Positions 10,294-22,100 of a stretch of DNA of 64,000 nt are shown here, in pieces. Source of the DNA: Bacteroidota bacterium (lineage in GTDB: Bacteria > Bacteroidota > Bacteroidia > Cytophagales > Cyclobacteriaceae); NCBI GenBank assembly GCA_039030555.1, contig JBCCDY010000001.1, forward strand, positions 253,141-317,140, in the 5' to 3' direction. The notes under the pieces are model-generated. The model saw only the letters and a list, made by a program, of their open reading frames with translations, searched no databases and was not told where the DNA came from. How positions within the stretch are numbered: position 1 is the first letter of the stretch; every line of letters begins with the position of its first letter. Both the position numbers and the translations under genes were made by a program.

Positions 10294-10787
10294 CCACAGA
10301 AGAGATCGTAGAAATTCTTGAAGCGGAATCAAAAACCGGCTCCATCCTGGGAATAGATGAGGAATCCACACCAACTGCAATTCTCGTCGAGCCAGAATCA
10401 ATCTTGAACGTTTGTAAAATTCTTTTTGAAAAAGAAGAACTTTTTTTTGATCTGCTCGAATGCATCACGGGTTTAGATAATGGAGTTGAAGAAAATACGC
10501 TGGAAGTCATCTACCATTTGTATTCTGTGCCTTTTGACCATAAAATTGCCCTCAAAGTAAAGCTTGAAAGAGGGGATAAGTCAAATACTGCTAGAATAGA
10601 AAGCGTAACCAGTCTCTGGAAGGCTGCTGACTGGATGGAAAGAGAAACTTATGATTTGCTGGGTATTCATTTCGAAAATCACCCGGATCTAAGACGTATA
10701 CTATTACCTGCCGATTGGAAAGGGCACCCATTAAGAAAAGACTATTCCGATGAGGAGTATTATCATGGAATAAAAATCCTCTATTGA
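10290..10787 (+). CDS. nuoC: NADH-quinone oxidoreductase subunit C
   Basis: [24 protein letters not shown]. Overlaps nuoB by 4 nt. Confidence 0.85.
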   Translation: MTTEEIVEILEAESKTGSILGIDEESTPTAILVEPESILNVCKILFEKEELFFDLLECITGLDNGVEENTLEVIYHLYSVPFDHKIALKVKLERGDKSNTARIESVTSLWKAADWMERETYDLLGIHFENHPDLRRILLPADWKGHPLRKDYSDEEYYHGIKILY

Positions 10788-12007
10788 ATATGGGCGATAC
10801 GATTCAATACATTTATAAAGAGGATAATCTAAAGGTATCTGAGCCTGGCGTATACAAGGAGGAAGATCTGGAACCAGGGGAAATGGTACTTAACATTGGC
10901 CCACAACACCCCTCTACTCATGGTGTTTTAAGGCTTGAAGTCATAACTGACGGCGAAGTCGTTAAAAAAGTAATTCCACATTTGGGATACCTCCACCGGT
11001 GTTTTGAAAAACATGCTGAATCTGTCCCTTTCAATCAGGTTATCCCTTTTGTGGATAGAATGGATTACGTAGCTGCTATGAACTCTGAGCATGCTTACGC
11101 TATTGGAGTCGAGCGAATGCTCGGAATAGAAGATAAAATTCCCAAAAGAGTAGAATACATTCGGGTTTTAGTTGCTGAGTTGAATAGACTCGCTTCTCAT
11201 TTTGTGGCTATTGGAACCTATGGTCTTGATATTGGCGCATTCACTCCGTTTCTATGGATGATGCGTGACCGAGAACACATTCTCAGGTTGCTGGAATGGA
11301 TCAGTGGAGCAAGGATGCTTTACAATTATATCTGGATAGGTGGTTTGTATTATGATTTACCTGTTGGCTTTGAGGAGCGCTGCAAAGAATTTGCAGATTA
11401 CCTTAAACCTAAATTAGCGGAGCTGGAAAGCATCATAATCAACAATAAAATTTTTGTAGAGAGAACAGCCAATGTTGGTGTCCTTCCCATGAAAGTAGCC
11501 ATCAATTATGGAGTGACCGGCCCTATGCTAAGGGGTTCCGGACTTAGGCTTGATCTTAGAAAAACAGATGGGTATTCCATATATCCTGAGTTAGATTTCA
11601 ACATCCCGATTGGAGAAGGAAAAATGGGAACTCTCGGAGATTGCTGGGATAGGACTCATGTCCGGGTGCAAGAAATTCATGAGTCGGTGAAGATAATCGA
11701 GCAATGTCTGGAACAGTTAACCTCCGATCATAAAAGAACCAAGTCATTTGATCCTCGCGAGCTAGTTCCAAAAAAAATCAGGCCTAAAAAGCAAGACCTT
11801 TATGTAAGGGCAGAAAACCCTAAGGGAGAACTCGGATTTTTCTTTCGTACAGATGGCAGAAACGATACGGCTGTGCGGTGCAAAGCCAGATCTTGCTGTT
11901 TTTCAAACCTCTCTGTTATCCCGGAAATATCTAAAGGAGCAATGATTGCTGACCTTGTTGCTATTATGGGCTCAATTGACATCGTACTCGGAGAAGTAGA
12001 CCGTTAA
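10784..12007 (+). CDS. nuoD: NADH-quinone oxidoreductase subunit D
   Basis: [15 protein letters not shown] and the C-terminal VLGEVDR. Overlaps nuoC by 4 nt. Confidence 0.9.
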   Translation: MNMGDTIQYIYKEDNLKVSEPGVYKEEDLEPGEMVLNIGPQHPSTHGVLRLEVITDGEVVKKVIPHLGYLHRCFEKHAESVPFNQVIPFVDRMDYVAAMNSEHAYAIGVERMLGIEDKIPKRVEYIRVLVAELNRLASHFVAIGTYGLDIGAFTPFLWMMRDREHILRLLEWISGARMLYNYIWIGGLYYDLPVGFEERCKEFADYLKPKLAELESIIINNKIFVERTANVGVLPMKVAINYGVTGPMLRGSGLRLDLRKTDGYSIYPELDFNIPIGEGKMGTLGDCWDRTHVRVQEIHESVKIIEQCLEQLTSDHKRTKSFDPRELVPKKIRPKKQDLYVRAENPKGELGFFFRTDGRNDTAVRCKARSCCFSNLSVIPEISKGAMIADLVAIMGSIDIVLGEVDR

Positions 12008-12065
12008 TCGTACCTTCATAAGGTTTTTCAGTTAAAAAGGGTTCTATTAAGAATATGCTTTCCTA

Positions 12066-13571
12066 ATGAAAATTCTATCCGCTGAACAAATAAGAGAGGC
12101 CGACAAATATACCATTGAGCATGAGCCTATCTCATCCGTCGATTTGATGGAAAGAGCGTCTTTAACTTTTGCAGAAAAATTTAAGAAGTGTTACTCTGTT
12201 GAAAAACCAGTCGTGGTAATTGCAGGAAAGGGTAATAACGGTGGTGATGGACTCGCGATTGCCAGAATACTTTCGGAGTCGGGTTATAAAGTTAGCATCT
12301 ATACTTTTGGATCGGATAGCGAAGGCAGTGATGACTTTAAGGAAAATTTCAGAAGACTTGATAACTCTATTCCTGTTGTACGAATTCAGGAAGATCTATC
12401 ATTTTCTGATTTAGAGCCTAATACCATATTATTAGATGCAATATTTGGAACCGGATTATCCCTAAGTGTAGAGGGAGCCTATTCAAAGGTTATTGAATCG
12501 ATGAATAATTCCTCACTAGAAATAGTCTCTGTAGATATTCCTTCAGGTCTGTTTTGCGATGAGCTTAATAAGGCTTCGGATATAATAGTGAGGGCTTCCA
12601 GAACTTTTACTTTCCAGCTTCCTAAATTGACTTTTTTTTTGCCTGAAACGGAAAACCATCTTGGAGTTTGGGAAGTATTGGATATCGACCTGGATAATGA
12701 CTTTATCCAAAACTCAAAAACCCGTTATCATTTAAATGATCAAAAAGGGCTAAAACCATTATACAAGAAAAGATCGAAATACAGCCACAAAGGTAACTTC
12801 GGTAAATGCCTTTTGATTGGAGGAAGTTATGGCAAAATGGGAGCGATGGTACTCATGTCCAGAGCTTGCTTAAAATCAGGAGCAGGTTTAATCACCTCAC
12901 ATATACCCAAATGTGGCTATGAGATATTGCAATCTACGGTACCGGAGGTGATGTGCTCCACTTCTTCCAGCCCCAATATGTTGGATGATATCCCTAAAAA
13001 CCTGAATAATTACGATGTTATCGGTATTGGCCCTGGATTAGGAAAATCTGATGAAACAATAAGTGTTGTCAAACAGCTTTTGCGTAATTATTCAGAGCCT
13101 ATCATTTTTGACGCTGACGCCCTGAACATCATTGCCCATGGAAACATGCTCAATTTTATATCACCGGGAAGTATACTCACTCCGCATGTGAAGGAATTCG
13201 ATCGTCTATTCGGAAAAAATGTGCATTCATTTGAAAGGATTAAAAAGGCTCATGAATATAGTCAGGAGCGAAAGGTGATCTGCGTTTTAAAAGGAGCACA
13301 CACGGCTATTATTACGCCGGAGAAAGTTTACTTTAATGATTCGGGTAATCCGGGTATGGCCACGGGAGGTAGCGGGGATGTTTTAACCGGAATCATCACC
13401 GGACTTCTTGGACAGGGATATAGTCCTTCTGATAGTGCAAGAATTGGAGTCTTTTTACATGGTGCCTCAGGAGACATCGCTAAACAGAATGAAGGAGAAG
13501 AATTTATTTCAGCATCTTCGATAATTGATAATCTAGGAAAAGCTATTTTGCAAACGTTTTCGGAAGATTGA
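12066..13571 (+). CDS. nnr: bifunctional NAD(P)H-hydrate repair enzyme Nnr (epimerase + ADP-dependent dehydratase)
   Basis: N-terminal YjeF-N domain (GKGNNGGDGLAIARIL) and C-terminal YjeF-C kinase-fold domain (GGSGDVLTGII). Confidence 0.85.
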   Translation: MKILSAEQIREADKYTIEHEPISSVDLMERASLTFAEKFKKCYSVEKPVVVIAGKGNNGGDGLAIARILSESGYKVSIYTFGSDSEGSDDFKENFRRLDNSIPVVRIQEDLSFSDLEPNTILLDAIFGTGLSLSVEGAYSKVIESMNNSSLEIVSVDIPSGLFCDELNKASDIIVRASRTFTFQLPKLTFFLPETENHLGVWEVLDIDLDNDFIQNSKTRYHLNDQKGLKPLYKKRSKYSHKGNFGKCLLIGGSYGKMGAMVLMSRACLKSGAGLITSHIPKCGYEILQSTVPEVMCSTSSSPNMLDDIPKNLNNYDVIGIGPGLGKSDETISVVKQLLRNYSEPIIFDADALNIIAHGNMLNFISPGSILTPHVKEFDRLFGKNVHSFERIKKAHEYSQERKVICVLKGAHTAIITPEKVYFNDSGNPGMATGGSGDVLTGIITGLLGQGYSPSDSARIGVFLHGASGDIAKQNEGEEFISASSIIDNLGKAILQTFSED

Positions 13572-13682
13572 TTTTGTTAATTTATCATTAAATTTCTCCT
13601 ATTCGTCGGTTTTGTTGAACCTTAGCTCAACTAATTCACTGTTTTTTCGTACTTTATTATACTAAATCCAATTGGTAAATCG

Positions 13683-14036
13683 TTGCGACAAGTTTTATTC
13701 AGTATTACTCTTATGTCTTTATTGTTTTGCACTTCCGTAAGTGCTCAACAAGCTGGTAGTAATACTCCTTTTTCAGAGCCTATTGAAAATGAAATTGAAA
13801 TTTATCCCAACCCTTCTACAGTAAATCTTTTCGTGAAAATTCAGCAGTCGACTTTAGAGAATGTTGAGTTTGAAATTCACAGTATTATAGGAAATGAAAT
13901 CAAAGTTCCTTTCGAAGAAATAAAGGAAGGAGTCTACAGAATTGCAATCAACGAGCTTAATAACGGTTATTACTTCGTTGTTGTAAAAGACGAAAGCCAA
14001 CGATTTAAACAGTCGTATAAATTTTGGAAACGCTAA
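13683..14036 (+). CDS. T9SS type-A C-terminal sorting domain protein (signal peptide + CTD only)
   Basis: 117 aa. Signal peptide, then IEIYPNPSTVNLFVKI...GVYRIAINELNNGYYFVVVKD matches the Por_Secre_tail pattern. Confidence 0.6.
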   Translation: MRQVLFSITLMSLLFCTSVSAQQAGSNTPFSEPIENEIEIYPNPSTVNLFVKIQQSTLENVEFEIHSIIGNEIKVPFEEIKEGVYRIAINELNNGYYFVVVKDESQRFKQSYKFWKR

Positions 14037-15476
14037 TTAAAAGTTAGCATTCCCAGGCGTTCGTGGAAAAGGTATTGCATCCCTGATATTTTTCATTCCG
14101 GTAACAAATTGAATAATTCTTTCGAACCCCAGTCCATAACCACTGTGAGGAACAGTTCCAAATCTCCGCGTATCCAGATACCAGTCCATTTCATCCTCCT
14201 CAATACTCATTTCTAACATTCTCTCCGTTAGCTTATTGAGACGTTCTTCCCTTTGAGAGCCTCCAACGATTTCACCTATTCCGGGAAATAAAATGTCCAT
14301 AGCAGCTACGGTCTTTCCATCCTCATTTTGACGCATGTAAAACGCTTTGATATCCTTAGGATAATCAAAAAGTATGACTGGTTTCTTGAAATGCTTCTCT
14401 ACTAAAAATCGCTCGTGCTCCGATTGTAAATCCGCACCCCATTCGTCGATCAAAAATTGAAATTTCTTCTTCTTATTTGGTTTCGAATTCCTCAAAATCT
14501 GAATAGCATCCGTATAAGAAAGTCGCTCAAAATTGTTTTCAGTAATAAATTTTAGGCGTTCTATTAAAGTCATTTCCGATCGCTCATTCTGAGGTTTGCT
14601 TTTCTCTTCATCGAGTTCGCGCTTATTCAAAAATTCAAGATCGTCGGTACAATTGTCAAGAACATATCCAATGATATACTTGAGCATTTCCTCAGCCAGA
14701 TCCATGTTGTCTGTTATGTCGTAGAAAGCCATTTCAGGCTCAATCATCCAAAACTCTGCTAAATGCCTCGTTGTGTTTGAGTTTTCTGCCCGGAAAGTAG
14801 GACCAAACGTATATACTTCTGAAAGTGCCAAGGCTCCTAACTCAGCTTCCAACTGTCCGGAAACCGTAAGATTGGTTTCTTTTTCAAAAAAGTCCTGTTT
14901 GAAGTCAACATTACCAGTCTCATCTAATGGTGGCTTTTTTAGATCCAGGGTAGTGACCTTGAACATCTCCCCAGCACCTTCCGCATCAGAGCCGGTAATG
15001 ACGGGTGTGTTTAAATAAAAGAAGCCTTTTGCATTAAAAAAGCTATGAACGGCGAAAGCTAATGCATGCCTTACTCTCAATATGGCTCCAAACGTATTCG
15101 TTCTGGGCCTTAAGTGAGCTATTTCCCTTAAAAACTCCAGAGAGTGTTTTTTAGGCTGAAGTGGATACTTGTCCGGATCGGCCTCACCCAAAATTTCAAG
15201 CTTTGAGGCTACAAGCTCCACACTTTGACCAGAGCCTTTAGATTCTTCCAAAGTTCCTTCAACACATAAAGAAGCCCCAGTCTGGATTTTTTTCAATTCT
15301 TCTGAAAAAGCCTCCGGATCCAGTACGATTTGAAGTGCGTTAATAGAAGAACCGTCGTTCAAAGCAATAAATGCTACTTGTTTGCTCTCCCTTTTCGTTC
15401 TTACCCATCCTTTCACTAGCGCATCGCCTCCAGCAGCGCCTGAACTTAAAATGCTTTTAATTTTCGTTCTTTCCAT
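14037..15476 (-). CDS. asnS: asparagine--tRNA ligase
   Basis: C-terminus [32 protein letters not shown] is the AsnRS signature. Start trimmed to [10 protein letters not shown] (ATG complement 15476); the track ORF extends to 15548. Confidence 0.85.
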   Translation of the reverse strand: MERTKIKSILSSGAAGGDALVKGWVRTKRESKQVAFIALNDGSSINALQIVLDPEAFSEELKKIQTGASLCVEGTLEESKGSGQSVELVASKLEILGEADPDKYPLQPKKHSLEFLREIAHLRPRTNTFGAILRVRHALAFAVHSFFNAKGFFYLNTPVITGSDAEGAGEMFKVTTLDLKKPPLDETGNVDFKQDFFEKETNLTVSGQLEAELGALALSEVYTFGPTFRAENSNTTRHLAEFWMIEPEMAFYDITDNMDLAEEMLKYIIGYVLDNCTDDLEFLNKRELDEEKSKPQNERSEMTLIERLKFITENNFERLSYTDAIQILRNSKPNKKKKFQFLIDEWGADLQSEHERFLVEKHFKKPVILFDYPKDIKAFYMRQNEDGKTVAAMDILFPGIGEIVGGSQREERLNKLTERMLEMSIEEDEMDWYLDTRRFGTVPHSGYGLGFERIIQFVTGMKNIRDAIPFPRTPGNANF

Positions 15477-15607
15477 CTTTATAACAGCTTCAAAATACTT
15501 GCGTATAGAATAGTGCGCAAAGCAACTATATTTTACCGTTTTTATCAAAAGGTCTGAGCAATTATGGTATTTTTAAGATTCGTTAATTTAGAAGGCAAAG
15601 GTCATTC

Positions 15608-17065
15608 ATGCAGAAGTTAGGTTTAAGTCAAACTTTAGGACAAAAACTGTCTCCACAGCAAATTCAGTTTATCAAGTTATTGCAGGTCCCCACTGCAGAA
15701 CTGGAAAATCGTGTTGAAGAAGAATTAGAGGTTAACCCTGCCTTAGAGGAGGGAAAAGAGGAGCCGGAAGAGAATTTTGATAATCAGAATGAGGAGGTAG
15801 CAGAAACGAAAGATGATGAGCTGAATGTAGAAGACTACCTTCAGGATGATGATTTCTCAGGCTATAAGATGCAAGGCGATGGCCCTAACCCCAATGAAGA
15901 GGATAAGGAAATGCCTATCGCCGTGGCTAAGTCCTTAAACGAGCAGCTTATTTCTCAATTGGGTTATCTAGGTCTTGATGAAAGACAGAGTACCATCGGC
16001 AAACAGCTTATAGGTAGTATTGAAAGTGATGGCTACATCAGAAGAGAGCTGGAAGCCATCATTAACGATTTAGCTTTCGGCCAGAATATTGAAACCGATC
16101 TCGACGAATTAGAAGAAATTTTAAGGAAGATACAAGAGTTTGATCCTCCGGGAATAGCTGCAAGAAACCTTCAGGAGTGCTTGATCATTCAGTTAGAAAG
16201 GAAAATAAATGAAAATCTTGACGATGAAGGTCATCATTTAAGTTTGGCATTGAAAATTGTTGAAGATGCTTTTAATGAATTTACTAAAAAGCATTATGAT
16301 AAGATCACCAAGAAGTTTTCAATTGATGACGAAGAAGATCTGAAAGAAGCTATTCGCCAGATTACCAAATTAAACCCTAAGCCTGGGGGCGGAACTACAG
16401 GGCTTTTAAGGACTCAGTATCTAATGCCTGATTTTATCATGACCAATAATGACGGAAAATTGGAGTTGTCTTTAAACAGCCGAAACGCACCCGATCTAAA
16501 AGTTAGCCGCTCCTATTCCGATATGCTTCAGCATTACGACAAGAGTGATAAGAAAGACAAGAAAATGAAAGAAACGGTTTCTTTCGTGAAGCAAAAGCTA
16601 GATGCTGCCAAGTGGTTTATTGATGCTATAAAGCAAAGGCAACAGACCTTACTTAATACTATGGGTGCCATTCTGAATTATCAATATGATTACTTTTTGG
16701 AGGGTGACGAAAGTAAACTAAAACCCATGATCCTTAAAGACATTGCCGAGCGGATCAATATGGATATTTCTACAGTTTCAAGGGTTGCAAACAGTAAAGC
16801 CATTCAAACAGAGTTCGGGATTTTTCCACTTAAATATTTCTTTTCCGAAGGCATTGCTACGGATTCTGGAGAAGATGTGAGTAGCCGCGAGGTTAAAAAC
16901 GTATTGAGGCGGATTATCGAAGATGAAGATAAGAGTAAGCCTTACTCGGATGATAAGCTTGAAAAACTCATGAAGTCAAAAGGTTTTAACATTGCAAGAA
17001 GGACTGTAGCTAAGTATAGGGAGCAGTTAAACATTCCAGTAGCCCGTTTGAGAAAAGAACTCTAG
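15608..17065 (+). CDS. rpoN: RNA polymerase sigma-54 factor
   Basis: RpoN box ARRTVAKYRE near the C-terminus, an acidic region-II, and an N-terminal Gln/Leu-rich region. Confidence 0.85.
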   Translation: MQKLGLSQTLGQKLSPQQIQFIKLLQVPTAELENRVEEELEVNPALEEGKEEPEENFDNQNEEVAETKDDELNVEDYLQDDDFSGYKMQGDGPNPNEEDKEMPIAVAKSLNEQLISQLGYLGLDERQSTIGKQLIGSIESDGYIRRELEAIINDLAFGQNIETDLDELEEILRKIQEFDPPGIAARNLQECLIIQLERKINENLDDEGHHLSLALKIVEDAFNEFTKKHYDKITKKFSIDDEEDLKEAIRQITKLNPKPGGGTTGLLRTQYLMPDFIMTNNDGKLELSLNSRNAPDLKVSRSYSDMLQHYDKSDKKDKKMKETVSFVKQKLDAAKWFIDAIKQRQQTLLNTMGAILNYQYDYFLEGDESKLKPMILKDIAERINMDISTVSRVANSKAIQTEFGIFPLKYFFSEGIATDSGEDVSSREVKNVLRRIIEDEDKSKPYSDDKLEKLMKSKGFNIARRTVAKYREQLNIPVARLRKEL

Positions 17066-17068
17066 GCG

Positions 17069-17677
17069 ATGATGCGCCTTGTTTCTTACGTACTGAATCC
17101 TTTGATTTTACCCACAGCTATATTTGCTGTCTTGTTTTACCGGGCCCCACTTATCATCTTGCCGTTACCTGAAGAAAGCTATCCATATCTTCTAGCGGTG
17201 ATATTACTGACCACTTGCCTCATACCTCTTCTAAGTATACTCTCTTTAAAGTATACCAAATCCATCGATAATATATTTATGGAGAACCGTAAGCAGAGAG
17301 TCAAACCATTCCTTTTTGTTTCAGCCTTTTATGGGTTCAATACCTATATGTTTTATTCTATTGACCAGCTGAATGATACCTTTCTTTTTATTTTAGGTTC
17401 CATTAGTCTTTCCGTTATAATACTTTCTTTTATTACACTCTTCTGGAAAATTAGTATCCACTGCGCTGCTATAGCAGGTGCAATTGGGATATTTCTTTCC
17501 GTTTCGCAAAAATTCCCTTTAAGTGATTTATTAATTCCGACAGCAATAAGTGTTTTGCTTACCGGTTTGGTTATGACTTCACGGCTTTCATTGAAGGCCC
17601 ATTCATACAGCGAGGTCTATATTGGAACATTGTTCGGCTTTGCCCTGAATTATGTCTTTGTTTATTTAACCTTGTAG
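17069..17677 (+). CDS. hypothetical integral membrane protein (about 6 TM)
   Basis: Starts 4 nt after the rpoN stop and is highly hydrophobic. No motif I can place. Confidence 0.4.
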   Translation: MMRLVSYVLNPLILPTAIFAVLFYRAPLIILPLPEESYPYLLAVILLTTCLIPLLSILSLKYTKSIDNIFMENRKQRVKPFLFVSAFYGFNTYMFYSIDQLNDTFLFILGSISLSVIILSFITLFWKISIHCAAIAGAIGIFLSVSQKFPLSDLLIPTAISVLLTGLVMTSRLSLKAHSYSEVYIGTLFGFALNYVFVYLTL

Positions 17678-17773
17678 AACAGCATTAAAAATATCATAAT
17701 CCTATCCCTTTATTCTTTTCTTGAGGAGAAGGGAAATTGGTCTTATCTTAATATCATAAAACCCTGAAATAAT

Positions 17774-18553
17774 ATGTACGAATTCTTAAAGTATTCCTCG
17801 GAAAATGGCATAGCACGCATGACGCTTAGTCGTGCTGACGCTTATAACTCTTTAAATGATGGTATCACTTTCGAAATTCAGGATGTGATTAAAAAGGTGG
17901 CTAAGGATCAAGATGTCAGGGTATTGATCATTTCAGGAGAAGGCAAGGCTTTTTGTGCAGGCCAGGATTTAAAAGAATCTTCAAAACAGGAAAAGAAGTC
18001 ATTTTCCGAATCGCTACATAAGCGCTATAACCCGATTATTAAGGGAATTCGAAATATGCCGAAGCCTGTCATTTGCCAGCTTAACGGAGTAGCAGCAGGC
18101 GCTGGATGTTCATTAGCCTTGGTTTGCGATATCATTGTGGCCTCTGATAAGTCGTATTTGATGGAAGTATTTGTAAATATTGGGTTGGTTCTAGATTCAG
18201 GCTCCTCTTATTTTCTTCCCAGATTAGTGGGGTACACCAAAGCCTTTGAGTGGAGCACTATGTCAACTAAAGTATCCGCCGAAGAAGCAGAAAAATGGGG
18301 TATTGTAACTAAAGTCGTTCCTGCCGAAGAACTTGAATCCTCCGTAAATGAATATGCAGAACATTATGCCAAAGCGCCTACTAAAGCGATCGGGCTGATG
18401 AAAAAAATGCTCAATAAGTCTTACGGTTCTTCATTGGATGATATGCTTGAATACGAAGCCTGGTGCCAGGAAATTGCGGGTGGCTCCGACGATTATAAAG
18501 AAGGTGTGCAAGCCTTTTTAGACAAGCGCAAGCCTGAGTTCAAGGGTAAATAA
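17774..18553 (+). CDS. enoyl-CoA hydratase/isomerase (crotonase) family protein
   Basis: 259 aa crotonase fold: ISGEGKAFCAGQDLKE oxyanion region and AAGAGCSLALVCDI. Confidence 0.75.
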   Translation: MYEFLKYSSENGIARMTLSRADAYNSLNDGITFEIQDVIKKVAKDQDVRVLIISGEGKAFCAGQDLKESSKQEKKSFSESLHKRYNPIIKGIRNMPKPVICQLNGVAAGAGCSLALVCDIIVASDKSYLMEVFVNIGLVLDSGSSYFLPRLVGYTKAFEWSTMSTKVSAEEAEKWGIVTKVVPAEELESSVNEYAEHYAKAPTKAIGLMKKMLNKSYGSSLDDMLEYEAWCQEIAGGSDDYKEGVQAFLDKRKPEFKGK

Positions 18554-18559
18554 TTTTCT

Positions 18560-19015
18560 ATGTCCCCACAAGAAAATCTTGAAAGGCTTGGCCTTAAACT
18601 TCCAGAAGTCTCAACTCCCGGAGGAAGTTATGTTTCCGTAAACGTCCGAAAAGATATCGCATTTATAGCTATTCAATTTCCAATAATCAATGGAGAATAT
18701 CTGTTTCGGGGAAGATTGGGAAATGAAATTTCAACGGAAGATGGCTACGAGGCCATGAAGCTCTCTGCTCTGAATGTACTTGCCCAAGTTGATTCTAAAA
18801 TTGGATTTGATAAAATAGAAGGGCTGAATCATATAGACGCTTACTATCAATCCAGCGACGTATGGGATGATGGCCCTAAAGTAGTAAATGGAGCTTCAGA
18901 TCTGTTTTTAGAAGTTTTGGAAGAAAAGGGGAATCACAGCAGGGCCATCTTTGGTGTTCATAAGCTCCCTAGAAATTTTAGTATGGGGATTACTTCTTCT
19001 TTTTCATTGAGATAG
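18560..19015 (+). CDS. RidA/YjgF-like family protein
   Basis: 151 aa. The N-terminal LGLKLPEVSTPGGSYVSV pattern is typical of the Atu1531-type RidA subfamily. Confidence 0.55.
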   Translation: MSPQENLERLGLKLPEVSTPGGSYVSVNVRKDIAFIAIQFPIINGEYLFRGRLGNEISTEDGYEAMKLSALNVLAQVDSKIGFDKIEGLNHIDAYYQSSDVWDDGPKVVNGASDLFLEVLEEKGNHSRAIFGVHKLPRNFSMGITSSFSLR

Positions 19016-19016
19016 A

Positions 19017-19096
19017 ACACATCCGATATTTCCAAAATATCGGATGTGTAAATCAAAAGCCCCATTTCGGTATACCGAAATGGGGCTTTTTGAACA
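19017..19096. terminator. bidirectional intrinsic terminator pair between convergent genes
   Basis: Hairpin 1: ACACATCCGATATTT-CCA-AAATATCGGATGTGT (15-bp stem). Hairpin 2: AAAAGCCCCATTTCGGTA/TACCGAAATGGGGCTTTT (18-bp perfect palindrome), flanked by AAAA on one side and TTTTTG on the other. Confidence 0.65.
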
Positions 19097-19110
19097 AAGC
19101 AATTTCCTGA

Positions 19111-22100
19111 TTAGGAGCCCTTTTTACTCAAATCAAGTACTGTTGGAGTCGCAATGAAAATCGATGAGTAAGTACCTACCAAAATACCAATCAACAATGC
19201 GAAAGAAAATCCTCTAAGTACTTCTCCACCGAAAATAAAGAGTACCAGGACAACCACTAAAGTAGTTACTGAAGTGATCAAAGTTCTATTTAATGTATTG
19301 TTAATGGAAACATTGAACGTATCAAAGATCGAGTCTTTAGCGAACAATCGTGTAGTCTCCCTGATTCTGTCAAACACAATCACCGTATCGTTAATAGAGT
19401 AACCTATAATGGTTAAGACAGCCGCAATGAAGACCTGATCGATCTCAAAACTTTTAATTCCCAACAAGCCGGAAATTGCAAATGCTGAAAGCACGAATAA
19501 AGTATCATGAACAAGGGCAATTACAGCTCCTAGACCAAACTGCCATTTTCTAAAGCGGAGTACGATGTAAACGAAGATCACCAGGATTCCGAAGATTGCA
19601 GACTGATAAGATGAGTTCTTGATATCATCTGCAATTGTTGCTCCTACTTTCGAAGAACTGGAAATCGTAAATGATGTGGCATCAACCTGAGAATCGTCTC
19701 TATTAAAAGTTAATCCAGTCGATTCTGAAATCCCATTTATTAAAGCTTGCTCCACTTTTTCATCTGCATCGGTAGATTCATCGTCTACAAGATAAGCCGT
19801 TGTGATCTTCACCACATTGGAAGCACCGTATGTTTTCACCTCTGTACCCTGATTGTCGAAAGAAGAACTTAAAGACGTTTCCAGTTTAGAAGGCACCACT
19901 GTTTCGTCGAAAGTCACCACGAAAGATCTTCCTCCTTTAAAATCAACACCTAGGTTCAATCCATTAATCGACATAGCAACAATACCGACTACAATGAATA
20001 TTCCGGAAAAGATGTAAGCAAATTTTCTTTTTGACATGAAGTTAAACTCCAACTTCGAAAGCAATCCTTTCGACAGAGGTGTTGCAAACGAAATTTTAGC
20101 ATCGTCGCCTTTTTTAGACATCCACTCCACAATAACTCTGGTGATGAAGACTGCTGAAAAGAAAGAGCAGAAGATACCAATGATCAAAGTAATCGCGAAA
20201 CCTTTCACCGGCCCTTGTCCTAAAACGTATAAAATAGCTGCCGTCAAGAGCGTAGTAGCATTCGCATCAACTATAGAGCTGAATGCTTTTTGATAACCTG
20301 CATTAATGGCTGCCTTCAATCCAGCACTATTTCTTAATTCTTCTCTAATCCTTTCAAAGATCAGAACATTCGCATCTATAGACATACCGATGGTTAACAC
20401 AATACCAGCAATTCCGGGAAGGGTAAGCGCCGCATTGAGCTGCGCTAGAATTCCAAGGATAAAGAATACATTGAACGCCAACGCAAGATTAGCTACCAAA
20501 CCTCCTTTGGAGTAATAGGCAATCATAAATACGACAACTATTCCAAGACCAGCAAGTATGGATACGATTCCTTGCTGTTGCGCCACTTTTCCAAGTGATG
20601 GTCCTATTACTGCTTCTTCGACGATTCTTGTTGGTGCAGGAAGGGCTCCAGCCTTTAAGATATTTGCTAAATCTTTTGCCTCTTCAATGGTAAAGCTTCC
20701 TGAAATAATAGAGCTCCCATCAGGAATCTCCACAGAAACATTTGGCGCAGAAAAAACAAACCCATCGAGAACGATTGCTATTCTTCGATCAATATTCTCT
20801 GAAGTCATTTTTCTCCATTTCTTAGCTCCTTGCGAATTCATATTCATGTAAACCGCAGGCTGACCTCTTTCGTCAAAATCTTGTCTGGCGTTTGTAATAA
20901 CATCTCCTTCAATCGGGGCTTTACCAGTTCTCAGCTTTCTCAATGGAACCAGCTCCATTAATTCGGTTCCATCATCTAATTTGTTGGCTTTGGCCGTCCA
21001 GCTGAGTTGAACATTGGAAGGCATTAACGCCTTTACGTCATCGCGGCTGAATATGTCATTTATTGCAGCTGTATCTTCAACAGGATAGTAAAACGGACCA
21101 TACTGTGATATAATAGGTGAAATCTGAGGAACTTGAGCTTCCAAAGAATCCAAAGATCCTGCTGAGGTATCCTCTGCTAAATCTGCTAAAGCATCGCTTG
21201 AGTCCGATTCCAAACCATCGAGGTCAGATAGTCCGTCTTCGGAAGTGAGGTCTGAAAGATCATCTTCTTCTGTAAGAGAAGAAAGGTCTGAGTCACCAGA
21301 TAATGCATCGTCAAGGCCAGTCACACCGCCTTTTGCCTGCTCTTCTGCGACCAGCATATCGTTTACGCTCTGCAAAGAACCTCCTATTTCCTGAAGAGAC
21401 CATACTTCCCAGAATTCAAGTTTTGCAACACCTTGCAAAAGCTTTCGAACTCTTTCTTTGTTTTCAACACCAGGTAATTCGATTTGAATTCTACCAGTGC
21501 CTTGAAGTCTTTGAATATTTGGCTGAGATGTTCCAAAGCGGTCAATCCTGGTTCTTAAGATTTGAAATGAACGATCTATAGCGTCCTCAACTTCCTTATT
21601 GATTACATCAAGAATTTCATTATCGGGTGTATTGAAGCTGATTCGACCTCTATTGGCTGCATTGGCGAAGATTTCTCCCAATCCACTATTTGGTTTTCTT
21701 TCTTTAAATGCGTCATAAAACAAACTTGTAAAAGAAGCCTGGCTATTTCTCTGAGCCTTTTTAGCATCTTCTAGAGCTGCAAGAAAATCAGGATCTTTGC
21801 TATTACCACTTAAACCCTTAATGATATCTACAGGTGATACCTCAAGGGTTACGTGCATACCTCCTTGCAAGTCAAGCCCAAGAGAAAGTTCTGTTTCTTT
21901 AATTTCCCTGTAGGTGAATTCTGCCCCGAATAGGTCATAAACAGGCTTATTCCAAATGGAGTCTAAGTATTCCTGTCTTTTATTGAAGTTTACACTTCCA
22001 GTTTCATCCCTTGCATATTCTGTCGCCTCTTGTTGTATACCCTTGGTAACTAGGGTAAATGATAAATAATAGACACATAATAGAGTGACTATAATAGTGA

